Under the pieces are notes generated by a model. That model saw only the letters and a list, made by a program, of their open reading frames with translations, was not told the origin of the DNA and did no database searches. A stretch of 64,000 bases of DNA from Dudresnaya verticillata (taxonomy: Eukaryota), in the NCBI GenBank assembly GCA_977862235.1, contig OZ374557.1, positions 3,286,001-3,350,000 on the forward strand. The letters run 5' to 3'. Both the position numbers and the translations under genes were made by a program. Shown here one piece after another: positions 49,101-59,900 of this stretch (within the stretch, counting starts at the first letter, position 1; each line of letters begins with the position of its first letter).

Positions 49101-52100
49101 CCGGGAATTTGGACTCGTCGAATGTGACATGCCGCGACTCAACCACACGAGGTATACCGTCACCGCCAGTGACCAATATCCTGTAGATCCCATGCTCTAG
49201 AGTCTCCAAGTGCACCCCCTCAAGTGCACGAGACTCGAACTTGGATCCGCGTGGGAGCCTTAGGACATATGCAGCACATCCAAACACTCTTAAATGTTTT
49301 AAATCAGGAACATCACCTGTCATGACCGAGTATGGCGTAGCCCCAACGGTTGAGTGTGGTACCCTATTGCGCACGTAGTTGACATGCTTCAGTGCAAACG
49401 GCCACAAACATCCCGGTAGATCAGCCTGGATCAGCAAAGTCAGGGCAGCTTCCACCATGGTTCGGTTCACCCTTTCCGCGATTCCATTGAGCTCCGGAGT
49501 ATAAGGTGGGGAGAAGGATTTGCCACTGTCTCCAACTCCTCCCAAATCTTTCTGCAAAGCCAAATACTCCTGAGCCCCGTCTGAGTGGAGTTTTGTTATT
49601 TCCGCTCCTCCAAGCTCGATAAACTTTGCTGAAGCTTGATCAAATGCTGCACTCAACATACGGCGACTTCTCATACATGCGACGACCAAGAAACGGGATT
49701 TGTCATCCAGAAACGTCGTGGCATACCGGAAACGATCGGGAAAGGAGATCTGGATTGGACCCACAATGTCGGAATGCACGAGATCACCGACAGCTTTGGC
49801 CAGGCGGAAGTGCCCTGGGAATGATTGTTTGTGTGCTTTCCCAAGTCTACAAGCCCGACACACTTCATGAGTGGAGCCCAACTCCGGAACACCCTCAACA
49901 TGCTCGTGCACTTTGGCCAAGTCCCGAAAATTAATGTGGGCAAGACGTCGATGCCACAGCTCAGTAGTTTGCTGCGTGCTGGGGACAGCCAGTACTTGCT
50001 CCTCCGAAGTGTGCGGCTCGGGTTCTGGTAGCATGTACATTCCAGAACTCGCATCGCGAACACCGGATCCAATATAGTACCCATCAGAGTCGAGTACCAA
50101 GCGCACGTCCAAGCGGCGAAAGTGGGATTCAATTCCTTTATCTGCCAAACGCCCAGTAGAGACAAGATTGTATCCCATCTGCGGGATGAAGAGGGCCTTC
50201 TTGAGCCGAATATTGGCATGCTCAAACGGCAGAATCACATCTCCACATAGGTCTGAGGTGACAGACGACTTGTCCGCAAGCACTACAGTACGCTTTTCGC
50301 AGCGTGATACTGAGCTCGGTACAAAAGAAGTCATTGAGTGGAAGCAATGCACAGTTGCTCCACTGTCGGCATACGTTCCTTGGTCGTTCGGAGGAACAAC
50401 AGTAGTCATCTCAACCGATGCACCGGCGATTTCTACCTTTGCAGATTTACCATTATTCTTACCAGATGCAGCTACCGCCGAGTTGGCGTTGCCCTTTTTG
50501 CCCTGGTTGGTGAACATCTGTCGCACCTTTGGAGGAAGCTTGTTGTTAGGATTTTCCGGATTTAGATAGCATCGATCCGCGGTGTGTCCATCCTTGTCGC
50601 AAACATCACAGTGAAGGTGCCGGTTCGGGGTGGAGTGAGCCTGCTTGGCGGACTTGAGTGCAACCGCCAACGCACGGACGGTGGATTCAATATCAGAAGA
50701 GTCATCGGAGTCGTCGTTGTCATCCAGCGTGTTGTGTTGCTGGCGAGAACCTGACGACGCGGACTTCTTTTTCTTCTTGCGACGACTCTTCGACTTACTG
50801 GATCTCCCACCTGCGTTTGATCCATGAGAATCTTTGGCGTTGTACTCATCGATCAGCGTGGTTGCGACGTAGTCCCAAGTCAGCTCAGCAGCATCTTTGG
50901 TGCGAAGAGCTGCAGCTGTTGACTCCAGGTGGCAGGACGGATCAATGGAAGCAAGCAGCATAGGTGCCTTATGTGTCTCCGGTATCGCCGAGTCGTTGCC
51001 CATGCGGTCGAGTTGGGCGAACAGTGACGTGTACTGGTCGACATAGTTGGACATATTCTGACCGGTGTACGTCATACGGAATAGCTTGGTCTGTACGGCG
51101 ATACGGGATACGGTTCGACTGGACGCATAGCGCGAGTCCAATAGCTCCAGCATGCGTTTGGGGTCATCATCAACCTCCATAACGACACGAAGCGGAGCAT
51201 CACCAAGTGCGGAGATAATGATCCCGCAAGCCTTCTCACGTTTGGCCAAGGTTCTGGCGTGAAGAATGGAAGTATCCGCTGAGGCCTCTCCAGTTGACTG
51301 TGAGCTGCTCGGTGTGTCGTTTGAGGTGTGGACAACATTCCAAACCCCTTTGATGCGGCATGCGGCACGAAGGCGATGACGCCAGAGACTGTAGTCGTCA
51401 CCTCTCCTGCCGTGGAAACGGGGTATCTTGACCCCGCTCGAAGTATCCATCTCGGCTTCGGTATCAGTCATCGCTGTTGCGACTGGTGGTGAGAAGAGAT
51501 AACTTGAATAGTTTTAGAAAACTTGGTAAACTTGGGGCAGTGCTGTTAGTGCAACAGTGTCGATGCCCAGAGGGTAATAGTCGTGTTAAGCAGAGCAGTG
51601 CAGCTCACACAACGAAGACGTGACGACGAAACTGAGAAATGTGTCGAACACGTCGGTAATATAATACAGTCACAAGCGGAGCACACTTTGCCAAGTAGCT
51701 CCCACGCTTGGAGTAATGAAACTCTCAGGTGATGATGGGATCACCTGGACTGAAGAAGAAAAGTTGAAACTTGAAGTTGAAAAGTTGATTCTTGATAGTT
51801 GAACGTCTTTTTGACGCGGGATGTTCTGGCACCAGGTTCTACCTCGTCACCCCTAGGAGTCGGACTCCTGGCCCCCGGATATGATTCTCCGGGTGAAATG
51901 CGTCTTTCAGCAGCCCTTTCGTGTCGTGCGCACACAGACACGAAGTATGCAATCCTTACGAGACGTCCACCTTATGGGTACTAACTCAAAACGAGTGTTC
52001 ACCACACGAACAGGTCCAGTCTCTTGCAGGAATGGAACTAGGCCCAACCGTGTCAAGGTTCTGGATCTTACTGGAGGCTGCTCCCCTAGGCCAACGAGGT

Positions 52101-53399
52101 CCTGACTTAACGAGAGTCACCACGCACAACACTCAACCTCTCAGCAAGCTCACGGACCAAGACAACAGCGGACGAGAGCCTCGAGAACTCTCTCACAAAA
52201 TCAGAGACACAAGCCGACACAGTGGGATAGGGACCACTTTCAACAGACAACAAGCAGACAGGACAGGACACAAGCCGACAGGACAGGACACAAGCAGACA
52301 GGACAGGCCAGGACGGGACCGGACAGTATCAAGAATGAAAAGAAAAAGGAAGAAGGTTGCAGCGAAGCGATGAAGTCTGCGTAGGTCGACCTTCTGGGCC
52401 CATAACCTGAAAAGGAATATGGAGAGGTTGGAGTTGAACAAGATGAGAAATGGAAGTCGCTTGACTTCGTTTACTGCAGTCGACCATCCGACAAGGCTTA
52501 TATCAGCTTTTCGGATGAGTTGCTGCGTGAACACAAACAAAACAAAACATTAAAGAAACGCCCAAAATCCCTATCATCAAATGGGCGGGAAAAAGTAAAA
52601 CAATTAAATCTACCAAATCATACTCTCAGCACACTCACATCCGCCACCAAAATGGGCGGGAACTTGCACACCAGTGTTGCTAACTGCTGACATCAGCAAT
52701 CCCTCTTGCGACCGCATTTCCTGCCATCCATATGTACTCCAACTTTGGGCGGGAACTCGAAAGTATCGAGTGTCCCCGCATGGCTGCTGTCGGACAACGC
52801 TGCACACCACGTGGCCGCACTTACCAGCTCAAGTCCGTCCATGAATATCCAACTTGGATCATTGACCACGTAATCACCCAGATTTGCCTACGTGGCAGCT
52901 GTAAACCAACGTGTCGGCCGCACGACAGCTACGTGGCAACTGTAAACCGACGTGTCGGCCGCACGACAACTGCATCTGCTGATATCACAAGCCAGGCTCC
53001 ACGTAGCGCAAGTCCCTGCAGTACCAACTCAGACGCCATCAGCACATTGCATGGCACGTTCATATGTACTTGTGGAGTACAGTGCGCGTCATACCAACAC
53101 CATTCCATGCCATACCACGTGCATCCATGTGGTCCAATCAGATCGTTCCACTTGGCCGTTCCTGTTATAACCGCCAATTCCAGCACAACACTTGTAAGCC
53201 ATATAGACCATGGAGGCGGTTTGTAACAACCAATCAGAAGCCCGTTTCACGTTGCTTTTGCAAAAGGCCTAAATGCGCCGTGATTTTGGAAGCCCGGAAA
53301 AAGGGCTCTCGTCTCCGGAAGGTTTGGTGAAAGCGTGCCAGGGTACCATCTGGGGTACCTGACCCGTGACGTGAGGCGCCAGCGACCATGTCCTCAACA
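46163..53399 (-). mobile_element. Full-length copia copy L (7237 bp; LTRs 46163-47154 and 52408-53399)
   Basis: Two 992-bp LTRs and an intact ORF; flanks CACCA and ATTTT do not match. Confidence 0.95.
47149..51471 (-). CDS. Ty1/copia Gag-Pol polyprotein, 1440 aa (copy L)
   Basis: Uninterrupted ORF with all catalytic motifs. Confidence 0.97.
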   Translation of the reverse strand: MTDTEAEMDTSSGVKIPRFHGRRGDDYSLWRHRLRAACRIKGVWNVVHTSNDTPSSSQSTGEASADTSILHARTLAKREKACGIIISALGDAPLRVVMEVDDDPKRMLELLDSRYASSRTVSRIAVQTKLFRMTYTGQNMSNYVDQYTSLFAQLDRMGNDSAIPETHKAPMLLASIDPSCHLESTAAALRTKDAAELTWDYVATTLIDEYNAKDSHGSNAGGRSSKSKSRRKKKKKSASSGSRQQHNTLDDNDDSDDSSDIESTVRALAVALKSAKQAHSTPNRHLHCDVCDKDGHTADRCYLNPENPNNKLPPKVRQMFTNQGKKGNANSAVAASGKNNGKSAKVEIAGASVEMTTVVPPNDQGTYADSGATVHCFHSMTSFVPSSVSRCEKRTVVLADKSSVTSDLCGDVILPFEHANIRLKKALFIPQMGYNLVSTGRLADKGIESHFRRLDVRLVLDSDGYYIGSGVRDASSGMYMLPEPEPHTSEEQVLAVPSTQQTTELWHRRLAHINFRDLAKVHEHVEGVPELGSTHEVCRACRLGKAHKQSFPGHFRLAKAVGDLVHSDIVGPIQISFPDRFRYATTFLDDKSRFLVVACMRSRRMLSAAFDQASAKFIELGGAEITKLHSDGAQEYLALQKDLGGVGDSGKSFSPPYTPELNGIAERVNRTMVEAALTLLIQADLPGCLWPFALKHVNYVRNRVPHSTVGATPYSVMTGDVPDLKHLRVFGCAAYVLRLPRGSKFESRALEGVHLETLEHGIYRILVTGGDGIPRVVESRHVTFDESKFPGAPSLLEYGQDEADSDEDYESNSEASICNSDSDDDVSLGNFEDEEDAIEVDTPSSPPLPPSEPSSFESDDTAEEENVSDSPPAGVSSDPERQQQSRYPRRQRRQTSKWFMASSAQAEQQVALTTGDEPTLREAMSATPEERGLWQSAIDDEFASLESKGTWVRDDSPGAQPLPTHAVLKVKRKSDGTVERFKARVVAGGNFQTYGEDYMETYAPVVSFSLVRMFLYLVLCLNLFVAQLDVKTAFLNGDLAEHVWVMSPRGIPGRESLCYKLLKAMYGLKQAHLAWHTKLCGDLARMMFEELPSAPCVFRRKSKSSGYAYILVYVDDLLILAPTKAERDAIVKELQGLYDLRLSEGVDLFLGVELGWKLDSDGRFVSLKMTQQVYTESVLRRFGLQNSKPACTPMVESFFTGLAAEEDKAVVSVETYQQMIGSLLYLGLRTRLDILASVLILARFQKAPTAYCHRGAKRVLRYLRGTHKHGVTYQSGSTRIQAYVDADYAGDTTDRKSMSGYMVKLGDAVCIWGSKKQSTVALSTCESEYYAMTLAAKETVWVTRVLKEADLNVEGPVPLRSDNQSAINWATGERCPSGRAKHIDVRVHFIRELVADSVLEVVYVPSEDNDADLLTKPLGPTLLNRILPRVGLGGAIEEEC

Positions 53400-56300
53400 A
53401 TTTTGGGCGTTTCTTTAATGATTTGTTTTGTTTGTGTTCACGCAGCAACTCATCCGAAAAGCTGATATAAGCCATGTCGGATGGTCGACTGCAGTAAACG
53501 AAGTCAAGCGACTTCCATTTCTCATCTTGTTCAACTCCAACCTCTCCATATTCCTTTTCACCCACACGTGTTCTGCCAGATCACCATTCAGGAAAGCCGT
53601 CTTCACGTCTAGCTGTGCAACAAACAGGTTCAAACACAGTACCAAGTATAGGAACATGCGCACCAGCGAGAACGACACAACTGGGGCGTATGTTTCCATG
53701 TAGTCTTCACCATACGTCTGGAAGTTTCCACCAGCGACGACCCGCGCTTTGAAGCGCTCGACCGTCCCGTCGGACTTGCGTTTAACTTTCAGCACGGCGT
53801 GCGTTGGAAGCGGCTGTGCACCGGGACTGTCATCACGGACCCAAGTGCCTTTGGATTCCAAGGATGCGAACTCATCATCAATGGCAGATTGCCACAACCC
53901 GCGCTCCTCCGGAGTGGCAGACATGGCCTCTCGAAGAGTGGGCTCATCTCCCGTTGTGAGGGCAACCTGTTGTTCAGCTTGTGCAGAGCTCGCCATAAAC
54001 CATTTCGACGTCTGGCGACGTTGGCGACGAGGATATCGACTCTGTTGCTGGCGTTCTGGATCTGAACTCACACCAGCCGGAGGACTGTCAGAGACGTTTT
54101 CTTCCTCAGCCGTGTCATCAGATTCGAATGAGCTGGGTTCTGATGGAGGTAGTGGAGGTGAAGAAGGTGTGTCAACTTCAATCGCATCCTCTTCATCCTC
54201 AAAGTTACCCAGCGACACATCGTCATCAGAGTCCGAGTTGCAAATAGAGGCCTCTGAGTTAGACTCGTAATCTTCATCCGAATCTGCCTCGTCCTGCCCA
54301 TATTCCAACAGGCTTGGAGCACCCGGGAATTTGGACTCGTCGAATGTGACATGCCGCGACTCAACCACACGAGGTATACCGTCACCGCCAGTGACCAATA
54401 TCCTGTAGATCCCATGCTCTAGAGTCTCCAAGTGCACCCCCTCAAGTGCACGAGACTCGAACTTGGATCCGCGTGGGAGCCTTAGGACATATGCAGCACA
54501 TCCAAACACTCTTAAATGTTTTAAATCAGGAACATCACCTGTCATGACCGAGTATGGCGTAGCCCCAACGGTTGAGTGTGGTACCCTATTGCGCACGTAG
54601 TTGACATGCTTCAGTGCAAACGGCCACAAACATCCCGGTAGATCAGCCTGGATCAGCAAAGTCAGGGCAGCTTCCACCATGGTTCGGTTCACCCTTTCCG
54701 CGATTCCATTGAGCTCCGGAGTATAAGGTGGGGAGAAGGATTTGCCACTGTCTCCAACTCCTCCCAAATCTTTCTGCAAAGCCAAATACTCCTGAGCCCC
54801 GTCTGAGTGGAGTTTTGTTATTTCCGCTCCTCCAAGCTCGATAAACTTTGCTGAAGCTTGATCAAATGCTGCACTCAACATACGGCGACTTCTCATACAT
54901 GCGACGACCAAGAAACGGGATTTGTCATCCAGAAACGTCGTGGCATACCGGAAACGATCGGGAAAGGAGATCTGGATTGGACCCACAATGTCGGAATGCA
55001 CGAGATCACCGACAGCTTTGGCCGGGCGGAAGTGCCCTGGGAATGATTGTTTGTGTGCTTTCCCAAGCCTACAAGCCCGACACACTTCATGAGTGGAGCC
55101 CAACTCCGGAACACCCTCAACATGCTCGTGCACTTTGGCCAAGTCCCGAAAATTAATGTGGGCAAGACGTCGATGCCACAGCTCAGTAGTTTGCTGCGTG
55201 CTGGGGACAGCCAGTACTTGCTCCTCCGAAGTGTGCGGCTCGGGTTCTGGTAGCATGTACATTCCAGAACTCGCATCGCGAACACCGGATCCAATATAGT
55301 ACCCATCAGAGTCGAGTACCAAGCGCACGTCCAAGCGGCGAAAGTGGGATTCAATTCCTTTATCTGCCAAACGCCCAGTAGAGACAAGATTGTATCCCAT
55401 CTGCGGGATGAAGAGGGCCTTCTTGAGCCGAATATTGGCATGCTCAAACGGCAGAATCACATCTCCACATAGGTCTGAGGTGACAGACGACTTGTCCGCA
55501 AGCACTACAGTACGCTTTTCGCAGCGCGATACTGAGCTCGGTACAAAAGAAGTCATTGAGTGGAAGCAATGCACAGTTGCTCCACTGTCGGCATACGTTC
55601 CTTGGTCGTTCGGAGGAACAACAGTAGTCATCTCAACCGATGCACCGGCGATTTCTACCTTTGCAGATTTACCATTATTCTTACCAGATGCAGCTACCGC
55701 CGAGTTGGCGTTGCCCTTTTTGCCCTGGTTGGTGAACATCTGTCGCACCTTTGGAGGAAGCTTGTTGTTAGGATTTTCCGGATTTAGATAGCATCGATCC
55801 GCGGTGTGTCCATCCTTGTCGCAAACATCACAGTGAAGGTGCCGGTTCGGGGTGGAGTGAGCCTGCTTGGCGGACTTGAGTGCAACCGCCAACGCACGGA
55901 CGGTGGATTCAATATCAGAAGAGTCATCGGAGTCGTCGTTGTCATCCAGCGGGTTGTGTTGCTGGCGAGAACCTGACGACGCGGACTTCTTTTTCTTCTT
56001 CCGACGACTCTTCGACTTACTGGATCTCCCACCTGCGTTTGATCCATGAGAATCTTTGGCGTTGTACTCATCGATCAGCGTGGTTGCGACGTAGTCCCAA
56101 GTCAGCTCAGCAGCATCTTTGGTGCGAAGAGCTGCAGCTGTTGACTCCAGGTGGCAGGACGGATCAATGGAAGCAAGCAGCATAGGTGCCTTATGTGTCT
56201 CCGGTATCGCCGAGTCGTTGCCCATGCGGTCGAGTTGGGCGAACAGTGACGTGTACTGGTCGACATAGTTGGACATATTCTGACCGGTGTACGTCATACG

Positions 56301-58703
56301 GAATAGCTTGGTCTGTACGGCGATACGGGATACGGTTCGACTGGACGCATAGCGCGAGTCCAATAGCTCCAGCATGCGTTTGGGGTCATCATCAACCTCC
56401 ATAACGACACGAAGCGGAGCATCACCAAGTGCGGAGATAATGATCCCGCAAGCCTTCTCACGTTTGGCCAAGGTTCTGGCGTGAAGAATGGAAGTATCCG
56501 CTGAGGCCTCTCCAGTTGACTGTGAGCTGCTCGGTGTGTCGTTTGAGGTGTGGACAACATTCCAAACCCCTTTGATGCGGCATGCGGCACGAAGGCGATG
56601 ACGCCAGAGACTGTAGTCGTCACCTCTCCTGCCGTGGAAACGGGGTATCTTGACCCCGCTCGAAGTATCCATCTCGGCTTCGGTATCAGTCATCGCTGTT
56701 GGGACTGATGGTGAGAAGAGATAACTTGAATAGTTTTAGAAAACTTGGTAAACTTGGGGCAGTGCTGTTAGTGCAACAGTGTCGATGCCCAGAGGGTAAT
56801 AGTCGTGTTAAGCAGAGCAGTGCAGCTCACACAACGAAGACGTGACGACGAAACTGAGAAATGTGTCGAACACGTCGGTAATATAATACAGTCACAAGCG
56901 GAGCACACTTTGCCAAGTAGCTCCCACGCTTGGAGTAATGAAACTCTCAGGTGATGATGGGATCACCTGGACTGAAGAAGAAAAGTTGAAACTTGAAGTT
57001 GAAAAGTTGATTCTTGATAGTTGAACGTCTTTTTGACGCGGGATGTTCTGGCACCAGGTTCTACCTAGTCACCCCTAGGAGTCGGACTCCTGGCCCCCGG
57101 ATATGATTCTCCGGGTGAAATGCGTCTTTCAGCAGCCCTTTCGTGTCGTGCGCACACAGACACGAAGTATGCAATCCTTACGAGACGTCCACCTTATGGG
57201 TACTAACTCAAAACGAGTGTTCACCACACGAACAGGTCCAGTCTCTTGCAGGAATGGAACTAGGCCCAACCGTGTCAAGGTTCTGGATCTTACTGGAGGC
57301 TGCTCCCCTAGGCCAACGAGGTCCTGACTTAACGAGAGTCACCACGCACAAAATTCAACCTCTCAGCAAGCTCACGGACCAAGACAACAGCGGACGAGAG
57401 CCTCGAGAACTCTCTCACAAAATCAGAGACACAAGCCAACACAGTGGGATAGGGACCACTTTCAACAGACAACAAGCAGACAGGACAGGACACAAGCCGA
57501 CAGGACAGGACACAAGCAGACAGGACAGGCCAGGACGGGACCGGACAGTATCAAGAATGAAAAGAAAAAGGAAGAAGGTTGCAGCGAAGCGATGAAGTCT
57601 GCGTAGGTCGACCTTCTGGGCCCATAACCTGAAAAGGAATATGGAGAGGTTGAAGTTGAACAAGATGAGAAATGGAAGTCGCTTGACTTCGTTTACTGCA
57701 GTCGACCATCCGACATGGCTTATATCAGCTTTTCGGATGAGTTGCTGCGTGAACACAAACAAAACAAATCATTAAAGATACGCCCAAAGTCCCTATCATC
57801 AAATGGGCGGGAAAAAGTAAAGCAATTAAATCTACCAAATCATGCTCTCAGCACACTCACATCCGCCACCAAAATGGGCGGGAACTTGCACACCAGTGTT
57901 GCTAACTGCTGACATCAGCAATCCCTCTTGCGACCGCATTTCCTGCCATCCATATGTACTCCAACTTTGGGCGGGAACGTGAAAGTATCGAGTGTCCCCG
58001 CATGGCTGCTGTCGGACAACACTGCACACCACGTGGCCGCACTTACCAGCTCAAGTCCGTCCATGAATATCCAACTTGGATCATTGACCACGTAATCACC
58101 CAGATTTGCCTACGTGGCAGCTGTAAACCAACGTATCGGCCGCACGACAGCTACGTGATAACTGTAAACCAACGTGTCGGCCGCACGACAGCTACGTGCC
58201 AACTGTAAACCAACGTGTCGGCCGCACAACAGCTACGTGCCAACTGTAAACCAACGTGTCGGCCGCACAACAACTGCATCTGCTGATATCACAAGTCAGG
58301 CTCCACGTAGCGCAAGTCCCTGCAGTACCAACTCGGACGCCATCAGCACATTGCATGGCACGTTCATGTGTACTTGTGGAGTACAGTGCGAGTCATACCA
58401 ACACCATTCCATGCCATACCACGTGCATCCATGTGGTCCAATCAGATCGTTCCACTTGGCCGTTCCTGTTATAACCGCCAATTCCAGCACAACACTTGTA
58501 AGCCATATAGACCATGGAGGCGGTTTGTAACAACCAATCAGAAGCCCGTTTCACGTTGCTTTTGCAAAAGGCCTAAATGCGCCGTGATTTTGGAAGCCCG
58601 GAAAAAGGGCTGTCGTCTCCGGAAGGTTTGGTGACAGCGTGCCAGGGTGCCATCTGGGGTGCCTGACCCGTGACGTGAGGCGCCAGCGACCATGTCCTCA
58701 ACA

Positions 58704-59900
58704 AAAACATATTACTGGCCTTACATGGCTGCCGATATTGCATCTACGGTCCGACGTTGCAAGCACTGCGCGCGAGATCCGATTCGCTTACGAAGGAACC
58801 TTCATCGCTTGAAGCTCTTCCCAGCTACGCGCCCACTCGAATCGGTCGCGATTGACATCTGAGGCCCGTTGCCACGAACGAAATCCGGACGCAAGTTCAT
58901 CCTCGTGATTACGGATCAATTTACGAAGTTGGCCCAGGTGGCAACACTACGCGTCATAACCGCGTATCACGTCGCAGTCGCGTTTTGCGAATTTTGGATC
59001 TTCAAGTATGGACCGCCGGCCTCGGTGCTCTCGGATAACGGAAAACAATTTACTTCGAAGTTCTTTCAGGGCGTCTGCCGCCTACTCGGGTTATCGAACG
59101 TGTTCACCTCCGTATATCATCCGCAAACGAATGGACAAACTGAACGATATAACCGGACTATCCTCGCGATGCTTCGTAACTACGTGAAAGACCACCAAAG
59201 CGATTGGGACCGCTATGTCTCCGCGTTATCGTATTCGTACAATTGCCACGTTCATCGGTCTACGAAGAAAACTCCGTTCAATCTCGTTTTATCGCGACCG
59301 CCGCCCGAATTCACCGTCAAACATCGCTCCGTAAGCAACGACCGAAACCCACGGAGGACATTCGAAACGATTTCATTAAGCGACTCGATGTCGCAATCAC
59401 CTCCGCAAGAACTTCGTTATAACGCGTGCAAAACCAATACAAGCGCGACTTCGACAAACGCATCCGACGCACGAAGAGTCGCGTCCAACCCGAAGACTAC
59501 GCGTTCCTCGATACCCACGATGGGAAAGTGAAACTTCCGAAGTTGAAATCCCCCGCGGAGGGGTCGTACAAAGTGCTCTTCAACGATACGCGTACACTCG
59601 TAATCGATCGCACAAGGGCCTCGTTGAAGGCGTCTCCGCGGACCGCTGTATCTACGCGCCACCACCTACGAATTCGCGACCGTCAACTATGCGACCCAAA
59701 GACATTGTGGAAAAGGTCAACGAAGGCCCCGAGTACGTTGTAGATCGTATCCTCGATCACTCAACAGACGAGGACGGAAAATTCGTGTTTCGTATCAAGT
59801 GGGACGGCTACGCGACGCCTAAGTGGGAACCTCGTACGCATGTGCCCGAAGAACGCGTTTTCGCTACTTCGCAAGGCTTCGAAGCCAAGCGGACCCGCGT
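58704..59900 (+). pseudogene. Degenerate Ty3/gypsy integrase with C-terminal chromodomain
   Basis: KTYYWPYMAADIASTVRRCKHC (zinc-domain end); VAID, stop at 58860; SDNGKQF, HPQTNGQTER; frameshifts; GPY/F-like EGSYKVL; chromodomain-like EYVVDRILDH...FRIKWDGY...WEP at about 59731-59853. Confidence 0.9.

Larger units (their letters stand above)
43208..53560 (+). mobile_element. Copia copy J (5' LTR 43208-44281, leader, 161-bp 3' LTR tail 53400-53560); coding region replaced by L
   Basis: TSD CCCAC at 43203-43207 and 53561-53565. Confidence 0.9.
41056..58703 (-). mobile_element. Copia copy I, outermost copy (3' LTR remnant 41056-42018, pieces 42019-43207 and 53561-57629, 5' LTR 57630-58703), interrupted by G and J
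   Basis: Collinear across TSD CCCAC; gag ATG at 56693; right flank is gypsy integrase. Confidence 0.9.

Noticed and set aside
1..58703. Whole array as an assembly artefact or tandem satellite
   Set aside because: Five nested matching TSDs, collinear host halves and copy-specific SNPs indicate real insertions; individual odd junctions still need read support.
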